Positions 16,337 through 25,445 are shown, numbered from the stretch's first letter. The stretch is DNA of 25,561 bases from a virus (IMGVR_UViG_3300028594_000067:1-25561), one strand, 5' to 3'. Made by a program: numbers and translations. Notes: generated from the sequence alone by a model not told the origin.

Positions 16337-16778
16337 CGTCGTCCACCCCCTTTTGGTTATCGTCTAAGAGGACTCGTTGGGCGGTGGCCTGTGACTGGTC
16401 ATCCACAGAGGCCACCATCAGTTCGGTGCCAACAAGGTTCGGGTTGTTCGGATCAGACACGATGGTGACGACATCTCCGACAGAGAATTCCACCCCGAAG
16501 GGGAATCGGCCAACGAGCCGGGATTGGGTAACGGTCACGCCGGCTGAGTCGAACACAGATGCGAAGGCTAAACCGGGGTATCGGAAGTAGCATTTCCCAT
16601 CAGTGTGCGGGTGATCTTCCGGCCACGATGGGTCAGGATAGATCTGTTTTGTGGTGACGACTTCCCGCCCGTGATCGTCTACCTCAGTTCCAGTTTTCCG
16701 GACCACGACTGCACTGGCAGTCATCCGCGCTTCGGTTTGGACTCGGCCACGTTGCAATACTCGCGAGACATCGATCAT
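16329..16778 (-). CDS. Head-to-tail stopper / head closure protein
   Basis: GR...EARM and Y..GKC patterns, VGDVVTI, and QATAQR. ATGA overlap with the adaptor gene. Confidence 0.75.
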   Translation of the reverse strand: MIDVSRVLQRGRVQTEARMTASAVVVRKTGTEVDDHGREVVTTKQIYPDPSWPEDHPHTDGKCYFRYPGLAFASVFDSAGVTVTQSRLVGRFPFGVEFSVGDVVTIVSDPNNPNLVGTELMVASVDDQSQATAQRVLLDDNQKGVDDDE

Positions 16779-17152
16779 GGGCACTCCCACCCAGGGGTAA
16801 AGCCGGGACGAGTAGAAAACGCTGCCACACTGGATGCCGGCAGCAGTTCAGCCCATTCTTCCTCGGTTGGCCACAGGTCAGAGGTGCGTTCCCCGCGGTC
16901 GTAGTAGTAGTCGTCAATCCGCTCAGATCGCATCCCTTGCGGGTTGTGGATCTTGCGGATAACCACTTCTTCGACCACACCGGTGAACGTTTCCCGGTAG
17001 GCCGGCGTCACGAGTCGTACATCAAGATCTTGAATTCGATTACGGATGCGACGTTCTACCCGGTCGATCCACTTCTGAACCTGCGCAGTCTCCGGTTCGA
17101 CGATGGGGCGGCCAAGAGCCGCAGCAACGTCTTCGACTTGTGTTGTACTCAT
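16775..17152 (-). CDS. Head-to-tail adaptor
   Basis: DVAAALGRP, NPQGMRSERIDDY and L..TEEEW..L motifs of actinophage adaptors. Confidence 0.82.
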   Translation of the reverse strand: MSTTQVEDVAAALGRPIVEPETAQVQKWIDRVERRIRNRIQDLDVRLVTPAYRETFTGVVEEVVIRKIHNPQGMRSERIDDYYYDRGERTSDLWPTEEEWAELLPASSVAAFSTRPGFTPGWECP

Positions 17153-17166
17153 GACCGCCCCTTCAT

Positions 17167-17736
17167 TTACTCGCTGGAACCGGTGAGCTGGTCGATCTCA
17201 TCGGTAAGGCTCTTACGCGCCTTACCGGCCTGTTCGGCTTCATAGACGCGAAGAACCTCAGCGTCGTACGCTTCTTGGTCCTCCTGATCCAGGCCGTTCA
17301 GGTACTCGAGCACGCCTTCAACGGTGTGGTCAGCCGGATCGAACTGGTCGGTGTCCTCGTTTTCAGGAGTGAATGAGAAGGTGCTGAACGTGCCAGCAGC
17401 CTGCCCCTCAACACCTCCACCGTCACCGTCTACGGTCGTTTCCCCGGTGTCCAGATCACGGGTGACCTGCACCGGGTTATTGCTGTTGTCATACACCGTG
17501 TACGTCTCGGTACGCCCCTGAGACTCTGGTGCAGCATCCTCAATCGGATCACCAGGAACCACAGCGTTAACAGTCATATGACCAGCAGCCGCAGCAGCCG
17601 CCTTATCAGGACGCACCGACGTGGCACGCTCCTTCTCATCAAAGGTGTCAGCCGGAGCATCACCAGGATCGGTAGGCTGCGGTGCGGTCACATCGTTGGA
17701 TAGGCGAGTAGTTTTCGGCTGTTTATTGGTTGCCAT
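17167..17736 (-). CDS. Acidic low-complexity post-capsid protein
   Basis: Follows the capsid gene. Small C-terminal helical domain FDPADHTVEGVLEYL...EQAGKARKSL. Confidence 0.7.
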   Translation of the reverse strand: MATNKQPKTTRLSNDVTAPQPTDPGDAPADTFDEKERATSVRPDKAAAAAAGHMTVNAVVPGDPIEDAAPESQGRTETYTVYDNSNNPVQVTRDLDTGETTVDGDGGGVEGQAAGTFSTFSFTPENEDTDQFDPADHTVEGVLEYLNGLDQEDQEAYDAEVLRVYEAEQAGKARKSLTDEIDQLTGSSE

Positions 17737-17753
17737 AACAGATCAACCCTTTC

Positions 17754-18662
17754 TTAGGCCAGAGTCACGCCGCGCAGACGAGCAGCAGCTTTACCGCCCT
17801 GAGCGACCAGACCGGTGTAGAAATCAATACGAGTACGGTACGCCGGCTTATCGTCCAGTTCACCGAGGAAGTATGCCTGCAGACCACCGTTGGTGATACC
17901 CATGACGCCGTGATCGTTGAAGGTGTTCGCGAACTTCACGGCGTACATGTCAGTGCCGGCAGGATCGAACTCCAGGATGCGACGACCGGACCAGTGTTCA
18001 CCTGGATCGAGGAATGGGACACCGTTCCACGTCCATTCACGTTTGCCGGTGATTTCCGACATGACGTACTCAGCGCCACCGACCTTACGGCCAAGAGATT
18101 TCAGACGTGGCAGCACACGATCGTTGGTGTACACAACGTCTGGCAGGCCACCCTGGATGCGAGCGAACAGTTCATCAAGATCCTCGAGGAACATTTCATC
18201 GCTCAGAGTGTGGCCGGCATCGAGGACCTGGTTACCAACCAGGCGTTTCTTGAGCCCGTCGAAGCCCTTCGGGTTCACGTCAACGTCACCGTTGAACATG
18301 GCATCTACGAACGTCGCCTGAGCAGACGCAAGTTTCATTTCAACCTGGTCGGCCATCAGCACGCCGGTAGACGCGGAGAAGGTGGACTGGATGAACTTAT
18401 CGACGTCGGCGTCGCCACCGAGGATGACCAGACGTTCGGTGTCCTGGTTTACGACACCGGTCGATTCGATGTACGCTTCGTTGACGGTACGGAATGCGGT
18501 CCCTGGAAGGGTCTTGTCCTTGTCGTATGCGTAGGCGTTACCTTCGATACCTTCGAATGGCAGACGATCCCAAACATTCGAGACTTTTACCGCGGATTCC
18601 AGGGCACCGCGGCGTACCGGATCAGGCTCGTTTTGCGCGGCCTGTGCAAGAGTTACAGCCAT
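17754..18662 (-). CDS. Major capsid protein
   Basis: 302 aa. MAVTL, LPFEGIEGNAY.Y, FRTVNE, ILGGDADVD, FDGLKKRL and AAARLRGV motifs. Strong SD AGGAGG. Follows the scaffold. Confidence 0.9.
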   Translation of the reverse strand: MAVTLAQAAQNEPDPVRRGALESAVKVSNVWDRLPFEGIEGNAYAYDKDKTLPGTAFRTVNEAYIESTGVVNQDTERLVILGGDADVDKFIQSTFSASTGVLMADQVEMKLASAQATFVDAMFNGDVDVNPKGFDGLKKRLVGNQVLDAGHTLSDEMFLEDLDELFARIQGGLPDVVYTNDRVLPRLKSLGRKVGGAEYVMSEITGKREWTWNGVPFLDPGEHWSGRRILEFDPAGTDMYAVKFANTFNDHGVMGITNGGLQAYFLGELDDKPAYRTRIDFYTGLVAQGGKAAARLRGVTLA

Positions 18663-18710
18663 TGTGGCCTCCTAAGAGTGTTATTCACAGGCACACGTTG
18701 CACCTGTGGG

Positions 18711-19325
18711 TTATTTTTGGATTTGTGTGTCGATCGCTGCAGCCAGACGTGGGGTGCCTGGCTCGTGCTCGACCTTTTGACGACCGCCACCAGCGCCACC
18801 ACCTTGAGTAGGATCGACCAGGGCGTCATCCTGTGCTGATTGACGAAGTGCGGCAATGATCTTGGCCTGACTGATCATTTCTTCCTCAGTTGCACCGGTG
18901 AGCAGCATCTCAGCTTGAGATTTCTCTTCACCCTCAGCGACCTCAGTTGAGATCCCGAAACGGCCGGCCACCTTGTACCGGCTGGCGTTCAAGGTTGCTT
19001 GGGCAAGATCTTCTTGAGCTTTCTTGGCAACCTCTTGGGCTTCTTTCAGAGCGGCTTCATTCGCTGAACCCACCTGCGCCAACTGAGCCTCCAACTCGGC
19101 TACTCGTTTCTCAGCCTGTTTTCGAGCTTCGCGCTCTGCTTGCAAGGCTTTCTTGCCACCTTCGCCAAGTTCTTCATCAGAAGGTTCGGATGGTTGTGGA
19201 TCTTCGGAAGGAGGTGTCTCGTCACCTGTCCCAGCCTCATCACCGTTCGAACCGCCACCAGCAGGTGCGGGATCATCGGCTGATGCTGCAAGGAACATCA
19301 AAAACTGACGTAGAAACTCATCCAT
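18711..19325 (-). CDS. Capsid scaffolding protein
   Basis: LGEGGKKALQAEREARK coiled coil, LLTGATEEE, DPTQG. Start placed at ATG 19325 after GGAG. Confidence 0.85.
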   Translation of the reverse strand: MDEFLRQFLMFLAASADDPAPAGGGSNGDEAGTGDETPPSEDPQPSEPSDEELGEGGKKALQAEREARKQAEKRVAELEAQLAQVGSANEAALKEAQEVAKKAQEDLAQATLNASRYKVAGRFGISTEVAEGEEKSQAEMLLTGATEEEMISQAKIIAALRQSAQDDALVDPTQGGGAGGGRQKVEHEPGTPRLAAAIDTQIQK

Positions 19326-19332
19326 GACATGT

Positions 19333-19381
19333 TCTCCAAATCGCTTGAAGGAATACCCGGCCCAGAATCGCCCTGGTCGGG
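19333..19381 (-). promoter_or_regulatory. Twin GCGAU-loop hairpins in the scaffold leader
   Basis: CCAGG-GCGAT-TCTGG and CTTCAA-GCGAT-TTGGAG. The second hairpin includes the SD. Confidence 0.55.
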
Positions 19382-19390
19382 AAACTAAAA

Positions 19391-20659
19391 CTATCGAACG
19401 AATATCTCGCCACCGGTGTTCAACCACCTGCGGAAATCGTTCTCAACCTGCGCAGCAATGTCAGGTGTGAGTGGCCCGGTACCGTACGGGTTCCGGCCGT
19501 CCAGCACCGCCTCGTACCGCAATCTGGCCGTATCTAACCGCAGTTCAGCGGCAGTCATCGTGGCACGTTCATTTGGGTCTCTCATACCAGTTCGTCGGGC
19601 TTCTTCAATCTGGTGACGGATACCGACAGCCCGACCACCACGACCTAACGCCCCGAAACCTTCGTAGTCTGGGCCACGGATCGACCCGCCCGGCACTTGT
19701 CCTGCATCGAACACATATCCTTGTTCTCGCAACAGCTCGAGGGTCTGCTCACGCGGTAGACCACGCTGGTAGATCGCGTCGGGCGTCAAACGGTTCTCGA
19801 TGCCACCGGTATGTGCCCTGCTGGTAGATCCTGCAGTGGTAATACCGGTAGCGCGTTGACCGCGAAACGTCCCATCGACCGAGACACCGGCGTAAGACAT
19901 GCCAGCACGAGCATTCACCACCTGGTAAATGTCCGCACCATCCCGGATCGCTTGAGCACCAGCTTTGGTGAACCGTGCATCCTGCTCAGCCTCAGAGAGG
20001 CTATTGAACAGCTCGTAGGGGTCATCGATCAGTCCCTCATCCCGTGCCGCCTGTTGTGATGTTGGCACGTGAATACACGCGCAGTTCGGATGCCGCAGGA
20101 AGCCAGCATTATTTCGGTAGAACTTGCCGGCCAAGATCAAACACCGATCGCACGCGCCTGGGTTGACCATGCGGGTGTAACCCACACCTTGCCGGACGAA
20201 CGTATCGACCCCGGCTGCAGACCGGCTAGCTTCAATGACCATCGTCTGGGCAATCGCCCCAGCCACCACCAGAGCGGACCGCATAGCATCATCCACTGGC
20301 ACACCCTGGGAGATTTGCCGTAACGCCCGTGGCGCGGGAGACTGCAGCGCAGCCTCTACCGGGAATCCGTTTGGTGACATGCCAGCGAACGCTTGAGGGA
20401 CTACCCAGTCATCAGGCGGTGTGTAAAACCCCTGTGCAGCGATAGTATCTGCACCATATGAGGCGCCCAGAGTAGCTGCTTCTACTTGAGCCGATGTGAT
20501 AGCTACCGACAACTCACGAGAGGCTAACGCCCATGAATCACGGATGTGGTCGCGGTCAACCTGCTGCCAAGCTTTACGGCCGGCAAGGTTGGCGCTAGCT
20601 CCGAGCTTGTCGAGCTTGTTGTAGTAATCGATGGCAGCTTTCGGAACCGCCATGATCAC
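19391..20659 (-). CDS. MuF-like minor head / capsid maturation protein
   Basis: Follows the portal. GYTRM..PGACDRC.ILAG and F.RHPNCAC.HVP motifs. Confidence 0.8.
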   Translation of the reverse strand: MIMAVPKAAIDYYNKLDKLGASANLAGRKAWQQVDRDHIRDSWALASRELSVAITSAQVEAATLGASYGADTIAAQGFYTPPDDWVVPQAFAGMSPNGFPVEAALQSPAPRALRQISQGVPVDDAMRSALVVAGAIAQTMVIEASRSAAGVDTFVRQGVGYTRMVNPGACDRCLILAGKFYRNNAGFLRHPNCACIHVPTSQQAARDEGLIDDPYELFNSLSEAEQDARFTKAGAQAIRDGADIYQVVNARAGMSYAGVSVDGTFRGQRATGITTAGSTSRAHTGGIENRLTPDAIYQRGLPREQTLELLREQGYVFDAGQVPGGSIRGPDYEGFGALGRGGRAVGIRHQIEEARRTGMRDPNERATMTAAELRLDTARLRYEAVLDGRNPYGTGPLTPDIAAQVENDFRRWLNTGGEIFVR

Positions 20660-22026
20660 ACACCGCTAATCTGATTTTCCAAAAACGACCGGTCCAGGCG
20701 AGCTTCCTTCTCGAGGTAGTCGCGTTCACGCTGCTTGCGTTCCTCAGACCAGCCCAGTTCATCCCAGTAACCCTCACGGGACAGCACACCCTGGGATCGG
20801 CGCTTCATCAATGCGTCCTCACGCTGGGCAATTGTCGGAGTAGCGGGGTCGAAGTGATCCGCACGGATCCGGTTACCCTCAACCCACTCACCGGTGGCAA
20901 GTCGATAGGCGAGGCCACCGACCCAACCTACGGTGGTCGCTTCGTCCTCGTTTTTATCCTCAACTGACTGCACGAGCTGGATCTCATCAGCGATCACAGC
21001 GCCCTCAGTCGCGGGGATAGACGTTTCGATACCGAAGTACCGGGCAGGGAACCCATACGCTGTTGCAGCCTGTTTACCGTAGATGGTGAGAGCGGTTTCG
21101 AAGTTCTTCAAATCCGCGGCCGTCAACTGTCCAACACGTGCGCCGGTTTCTTTCAGCATATGGATCGCGTCGAAGTACGCTTCAAACATCGGGATCATCT
21201 CACCGGTCGTCGGGTCAATGAAGTCTTTCTTATCGACACCAGACATCCACATGCGAGGGATACCGTGCGCTTCCTGCGCGAACTGCAAGTTCGTTAACGA
21301 CCGGGCTGCAGCATCCATCAACGGCAAAATGTCAGTCAGCTCAGACTCACCAGCAACTGGGCCAGACATCTGCTCGTTCAGATCCATGACCATCGGGACA
21401 GCACCCAACCGGTGCACCTGGGAGCTTCCGGTCTGATACCAGCGGCCACGTTCCATCGTGAACTGCTTCGTGTAATCCGGCATGTACAAGGTGATATGCG
21501 TCGGATCATTCGGTAATAGCTGACGCATCGATGACATATTCGTACCTGCAGGGGCAGGAGCATAAAACCGGGCTGCAGCTTCCATCGTGCGAGTCCGGTT
21601 ATTCACCTTCGCTTCAATCTCACGCGGCGACTCCACCCGCAACAATGGGGCCTTACTACCGCGCTCACGGTACCCAGCAGAGATGAAAGCACGACCGAAG
21701 ATGTAACGATCTTTGCGCATCATCTTCATCTGCGATGCCATGTTGTTGTCATTCCAGATGTCCAACAACTGTTCATCAGCTTTGGACTCACCAGGAAGGA
21801 ACAACCCACGAACACGCTGCCGTGACGAAATCGTACGAACCACGACGCGAGCCCAGTTCGCCATCACCACGAAATCCCGCATCGACGGCGGAATCGCCAT
21901 ACCCAACTGGATAAGAGTGTGGATCAGCTTGTAGTACCGCTCATGTCTCTCATCAACAGGCCAATTCGCCTTTCGCTGGGTATACAGTTCATCCAAGATC
22001 TGGACTTCCTGAGCAGTCACCGCCAT
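20656..22026 (-). CDS. Portal protein (SPP1 gp6-like)
   Basis: 456 aa after TerL. NWARVVV, IW.DNNM, FGRAF, H.LG.VP.V and GESEL motifs. Confidence 0.9.
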   Translation of the reverse strand: MAVTAQEVQILDELYTQRKANWPVDERHERYYKLIHTLIQLGMAIPPSMRDFVVMANWARVVVRTISSRQRVRGLFLPGESKADEQLLDIWNDNNMASQMKMMRKDRYIFGRAFISAGYRERGSKAPLLRVESPREIEAKVNNRTRTMEAAARFYAPAPAGTNMSSMRQLLPNDPTHITLYMPDYTKQFTMERGRWYQTGSSQVHRLGAVPMVMDLNEQMSGPVAGESELTDILPLMDAAARSLTNLQFAQEAHGIPRMWMSGVDKKDFIDPTTGEMIPMFEAYFDAIHMLKETGARVGQLTAADLKNFETALTIYGKQAATAYGFPARYFGIETSIPATEGAVIADEIQLVQSVEDKNEDEATTVGWVGGLAYRLATGEWVEGNRIRADHFDPATPTIAQREDALMKRRSQGVLSREGYWDELGWSEERKQRERDYLEKEARLDRSFLENQISGV

Positions 22027-22037
22027 GCCACCACCTC

Positions 22038-23723
22038 CTAACGGGGTAAACGGAAATACGTGGGTCCATCATCGTCCGGCCAGCCTGCAGCACGCTGATC
22101 AGCAGCCGCTTCGTGAGCCAGAATGTCGGACATCAAAACGTCGATCTTTTCTTTCTGCGAAGGCTTGCCGAGGGTGTACCTGTCACCAGGTTTCGCTACT
22201 TTGATTGCGTTCAACGCATGCTGTTTCGAGTGCGGACAAGCATCATGTGTGGTCGACTTCTCCACCGTCAGATCCACGAGATACCGGTCAAGCGCCCCGT
22301 GCATTCGGGTGATCGAGTTCGTCGGCCACTGAATGAACACGTCCTCACCGTGCTCAGCAGCCCACTCATCCATCTGGGTTTCCCAATGCCTCGGGTCACC
22401 ATAAAACCGACGCAACTTGTACTTACGAACAATTTCATCAACCGCAGCATTGACCTCACCGCGGGGAATCACACCATCCCACTCGGTAGGAATCCACACC
22501 GTAGGACGCTTATCTGGCCCATACGTTGGGGTGAACCGGTGCCCGTCCTTCGTCTCAAGACGGATAGCGGTCCAGTCATCATTAAACGACCCGTCCATTC
22601 CACCGGCAACCTCAGCACCGTCTGGCACCTCAAAGCTGGTATCGGTTTGATCTACCCATTGATGCTCTTTCAAGAACCGGCCTTTACCGCGCACAAGCCG
22701 ATTCCCAAAGAATCGTTCGGCATCATCCGGTTCATTGACCAACATCTCGTCAGCTTCAGCTTCAATGGAATCAATGTTGATGTGCTCAGCCCCGGCGTAG
22801 ACATATTCGAGGATCTTGCGCCGCTCACGGCGATTCTTGAAGGACAGGCGCTCGCCGTCTGAGCGTCGAAGCGCTACATCAGGGTTACGCCAGTACTTGA
22901 AAATATCCTCAGACTTAGACTCCAACGTGCGCTGAGCGTACGAATCCTCAGCAGGGTTGAACGCGTTCGTCGTCTCAAACGACCGGCCACCCATACCCGC
23001 AGCACCGCGACGCATCGTGTTCGCAACGTTGATGAGCTTATTCGCCGGCGTATACAGGCCAGACTCATCAAAGAACGCCGCACTGATCGGCTGACCGAGA
23101 CGAGATTGCGCCGAAGCGGTTACACGGTCGATCCGGTCCATGTCGTCACTACCGGACCCACCATCAGGGTTAATGATCCGGATGTGACTCAGCCGGGGTT
23201 TCAGCATGTGCTTCAACGGCCCAAGGTGTATCATCGCCACCAACTGGCGCCAGATGTTATCAACCTGGTCATCCGAGGTCGCCATGATTTGAATCAACGG
23301 TGACGGATGCCGGCGACCCATCGGCTCACCCGGTAAGTACTCAAATTCCCAGCCACACGGACAGCCCCAATCGGAGCACTTGTAGTAGTCGTTCTCGCCA
23401 GCCCATCCAAGGAACTCAGAGGGACCAACCGCTGACAATGAGACTCTAGTAGCTGTCCACGGGCCTTTCCCCATCTTCTGGGGTGCGATCACCTGCGAGC
23501 GACGATACACAAACGCCTGGTTCAGTAACGGCTTATCAAGATCTGGCTGGTCAGCATCCTCACGGATTCGCCCGTCATTCGCGGTACACCAGAACTGCCA
23601 GTCATACTCACGGAACGGTGCGCCACGCTGATGCCGGTCAGGGACACGACAATGCTGCTCAATCCAGGCCGACCACAAATCACCCAGGGTCGGGAAGTCA
23701 ACCACGAATTCAGGTGAGGACAC
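22038..23723 (-). CDS. Terminase large subunit
   Basis: Walker A-like PQKMGKG, Walker B AFFDE, coupling motif TTNA, nuclease GMDGS..DDWTA and KIDVL. Confidence 0.92.
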   Translation of the reverse strand: MSSPEFVVDFPTLGDLWSAWIEQHCRVPDRHQRGAPFREYDWQFWCTANDGRIREDADQPDLDKPLLNQAFVYRRSQVIAPQKMGKGPWTATRVSLSAVGPSEFLGWAGENDYYKCSDWGCPCGWEFEYLPGEPMGRRHPSPLIQIMATSDDQVDNIWRQLVAMIHLGPLKHMLKPRLSHIRIINPDGGSGSDDMDRIDRVTASAQSRLGQPISAAFFDESGLYTPANKLINVANTMRRGAAGMGGRSFETTNAFNPAEDSYAQRTLESKSEDIFKYWRNPDVALRRSDGERLSFKNRRERRKILEYVYAGAEHINIDSIEAEADEMLVNEPDDAERFFGNRLVRGKGRFLKEHQWVDQTDTSFEVPDGAEVAGGMDGSFNDDWTAIRLETKDGHRFTPTYGPDKRPTVWIPTEWDGVIPRGEVNAAVDEIVRKYKLRRFYGDPRHWETQMDEWAAEHGEDVFIQWPTNSITRMHGALDRYLVDLTVEKSTTHDACPHSKQHALNAIKVAKPGDRYTLGKPSQKEKIDVLMSDILAHEAAADQRAAGWPDDDGPTYFRLPR

Positions 23724-24274
23724 TAAACAGCCCTCATCCTGCGTTCAGGTCGCCCCTTCTTCTCGCCTGGTTTATCCTCATGCACTGACTCAACGTCTTC
23801 GCTAGCGACTTTGTTGATGTCTGCTTTCGCGATCGCCCAACCGTTCTCAACAAGCCCAGCAGGGGTCAACCCGATCTGATCAGCGAACCGATGCAAAGCG
23901 CCCTTATCAGCAGCCTTCGCATCATCACCCTCGCAAATCACGAACGTGCGGACCCACATCGCCACAGTCTGCCAACGCCACGGCTCAATAGCCCATGCAG
24001 CAGCCTGCGGAGTACGCCAAGCCCACTCCCACAGCTCTTGCTCACGCTCAGCAACAATCTGGGTCTCTTCCTCGTCCACGACTTGAAAGCGGCTCTTCTC
24101 CTCAATCTCCCAACGATGCACACGACGCTTCATGAGAGGGAAATCAGGAATCTCGCCACGATATCCCTCATTCGGCAGAGCAGTCAGGACAACACCCTCA
24201 CGCTCCGACCGAGCAGACATAGGATCCTTCGCAGGACCAGAACGATTACGACGTCCACCATGAGACACTGACAT
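23723..24274 (-). CDS. Terminase small subunit
   Basis: HGG.RNRSGP.KDP.S.RS, W...WRTPQA.AW and DQIGLTPAGL motifs. The stop overlaps the TerL start. The start could alternatively be GTG 24268. Confidence 0.85.
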   Translation of the reverse strand: MSVSHGGRRNRSGPAKDPMSARSEREGVVLTALPNEGYRGEIPDFPLMKRRVHRWEIEEKSRFQVVDEEETQIVAEREQELWEWAWRTPQAAAWAIEPWRWQTVAMWVRTFVICEGDDAKAADKGALHRFADQIGLTPAGLVENGWAIAKADINKVASEDVESVHEDKPGEKKGRPERRMRAV

Positions 24275-24278
24275 CACA

Positions 24279-24318
24279 CTCCGCATCGCGCTTCAAACTG
24301 CTGGCATCGCACCAACAG
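24279..24318 (-). promoter_or_regulatory. Twin GCGAU-loop elements in the terS leader
   Basis: CTGTTGGT-GCGAT-GCCAGCAG (8-bp stem), then GC-GCGAT-GC abutting SD GGAG. Confidence 0.5.
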
Positions 24319-24419
24319 AACGAGTGAAAAAAGATCGAAAGAAAACTTGAAATAGGGCTTGACTTTTACGAGCCGGACCGGGGCGGGAAATCTTGAACCC
24401 TAAAAACATTTTTCAGCCC

Positions 24420-24428
24420 TGGCCGACG
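24420..24428 (-). other. Candidate cos (3' overhang) sequence CGTCGGCCA
   Basis: In the HNH-terS gap, downstream of a G-run and near the centre of a 9-bp inverted repeat pair. Resembles CGCCGGNNA-type actinophage ends, recalled from memory and unverified. Confidence 0.45.
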
Positions 24429-24579
24429 GTTCTGGGTGGCGAGGCCGAGACTCCCTCCCCCCACCATGAGATGAATCAGAAGTCAAGCGGATTGGCAAAG
24501 TTTTCTGAAATGTTACCAAATGTTTATCAACCGGTTTCGGTTGCCGTGGAAAGTCGTTCACGGTTTGAGGTTTCGCATT

Positions 24580-24930
24580 TCAGTGTTCGCGGTTTGGATT
24601 TGACCAGTCGCTTGCTGTTCGCGCTGTCTTGCTGCTGTGACATGAAGCGCAAAGTCCTTGGCCGAACTCTGGATCGTTTGGATCGAGTCCGCGTTCGATG
24701 AGTTGCCAGCGTTCGAGTGGGTGGTGGTCTGCGACGGTGGAGGGTCGGTGTCCGCATGCCTTGCAGGTGGGGTCGCGGGTGAGGACGGCGGTCCGGAAGG
24801 TGCGGTGGCCGGTGGTGGTGTAGGGGTTGCCGTGGGGGCGGCGTGCCCGGTCGTACCCGGCCACACAGGTGGGGCACTTGCCTGTGCCTCGGTGGAGGTT
24901 TGGGCATCCTGGTGTGGAGCAGACGCGCAT
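24580..24930 (-). CDS. HNH endonuclease (HK97 gp74-like packaging cofactor)
   Basis: C..PGCP, C..C, RDPTCKAC, ADHHP and GLCASCHSSKT motifs. SD GAGGTG. Upstream of terS. Confidence 0.88.
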   Translation of the reverse strand: MRVCSTPGCPNLHRGTGKCPTCVAGYDRARRPHGNPYTTTGHRTFRTAVLTRDPTCKACGHRPSTVADHHPLERWQLIERGLDPNDPEFGQGLCASCHSSKTARTASDWSNPNREH

Positions 24931-25192
24931 GGGGTGTCACCTCGTGGCGGGTGCTGTGGGGTGTCTGGTGTGGTCGTGGGTAGGTGGTTGGCCTGGTGGG
25001 TGGGCTTGGTGCCAGTGGGTGCGTGCCGTGGCCTGTGGTGGGCGGGTGACGCTGTGTGGGGGTGTAGGTCTGGTCGACAGTGGTGCATGGCTCCAGGCGT
25101 CCCTGTGCCTATGGTGGTCCCGTGGTCACCAGGTCATCATTCCGGTAGTGTCCTGGTCGTCATGCTGCCGAGTCACCATGACTGTTACGTTG

Positions 25193-25266
25193 TGCTGCTG
25201 GTCGGATTCGAACCGACGACCTCCGCCTTATGAGGGCGGCGCGCTGACCGGCTGCGCCACAGCAGT
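25193..25266 (-). tRNA. tRNA with CAT anticodon (Met/Ile2-type, identity ambiguous)
   Basis: Cloverleaf ACTGCTG TG GCGC AGCCGGTCA GCGC G CCGCC CTCATAA GGCGG AGGTC GTCGG TTCGAAT CCGAC CAGCAGC A. No encoded CCA. Confidence 0.88.
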
Positions 25267-25343
25267 CTGTTGCCCGGCCAGGTGAAGAAGAACTTGGCCG
25301 GGCTGTACTCACAGCCACACAGTGAAGATCCCACGTGAACGAG

Positions 25344-25375
25344 AAAAGCGACCAGCCCGTGTCGGGTGATCGCTT
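25344..25375 (-). terminator. Terminator shortly downstream of the late promoter
   Basis: Minus strand AAGCGATCA-CCCG-ACA-CGGG-C-TGGTCGC followed by TTTT. Confidence 0.65.
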
Positions 25376-25415
25376 GTATTTGGGGTCGCTGCTAAACAGG
25401 AGCGACGACACTTCA

Positions 25416-25445
25416 ACTTTAACACATGCTGGTTGGGGTTGTCAT
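25416..25445 (-). promoter_or_regulatory. Putative late promoter
   Basis: -35 ATGACA (25445-25440), 18-nt spacer, extended -10 TG-T-TAAAGT (25421-25416). Confidence 0.6.

Noticed and set aside
17910-18839. 309-aa plus-strand ORF
   Set aside because: Antisense shadow of the major capsid and scaffold genes, expected from GC-biased codon usage. No motifs or SD.
19391-20659. MuF-fused polymorphic toxin
   Set aside because: No recognisable toxin motif in the C-terminal extension, and no immunity-like ORF before the scaffold.
25193-25266. tRNA as the prophage attachment site
   Set aside because: It lies inside the late operon with phage genes on both sides. No integrase or duplicated 3' end is visible.
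24527-25285. Several overlapping ORFs (137, 176, 191 and 152 aa) around the HNH gene and tRNA
   Set aside because: Low-complexity P/H/T or G/V translations produced by strand skew. They overlap the better-supported HNH gene and tRNA.
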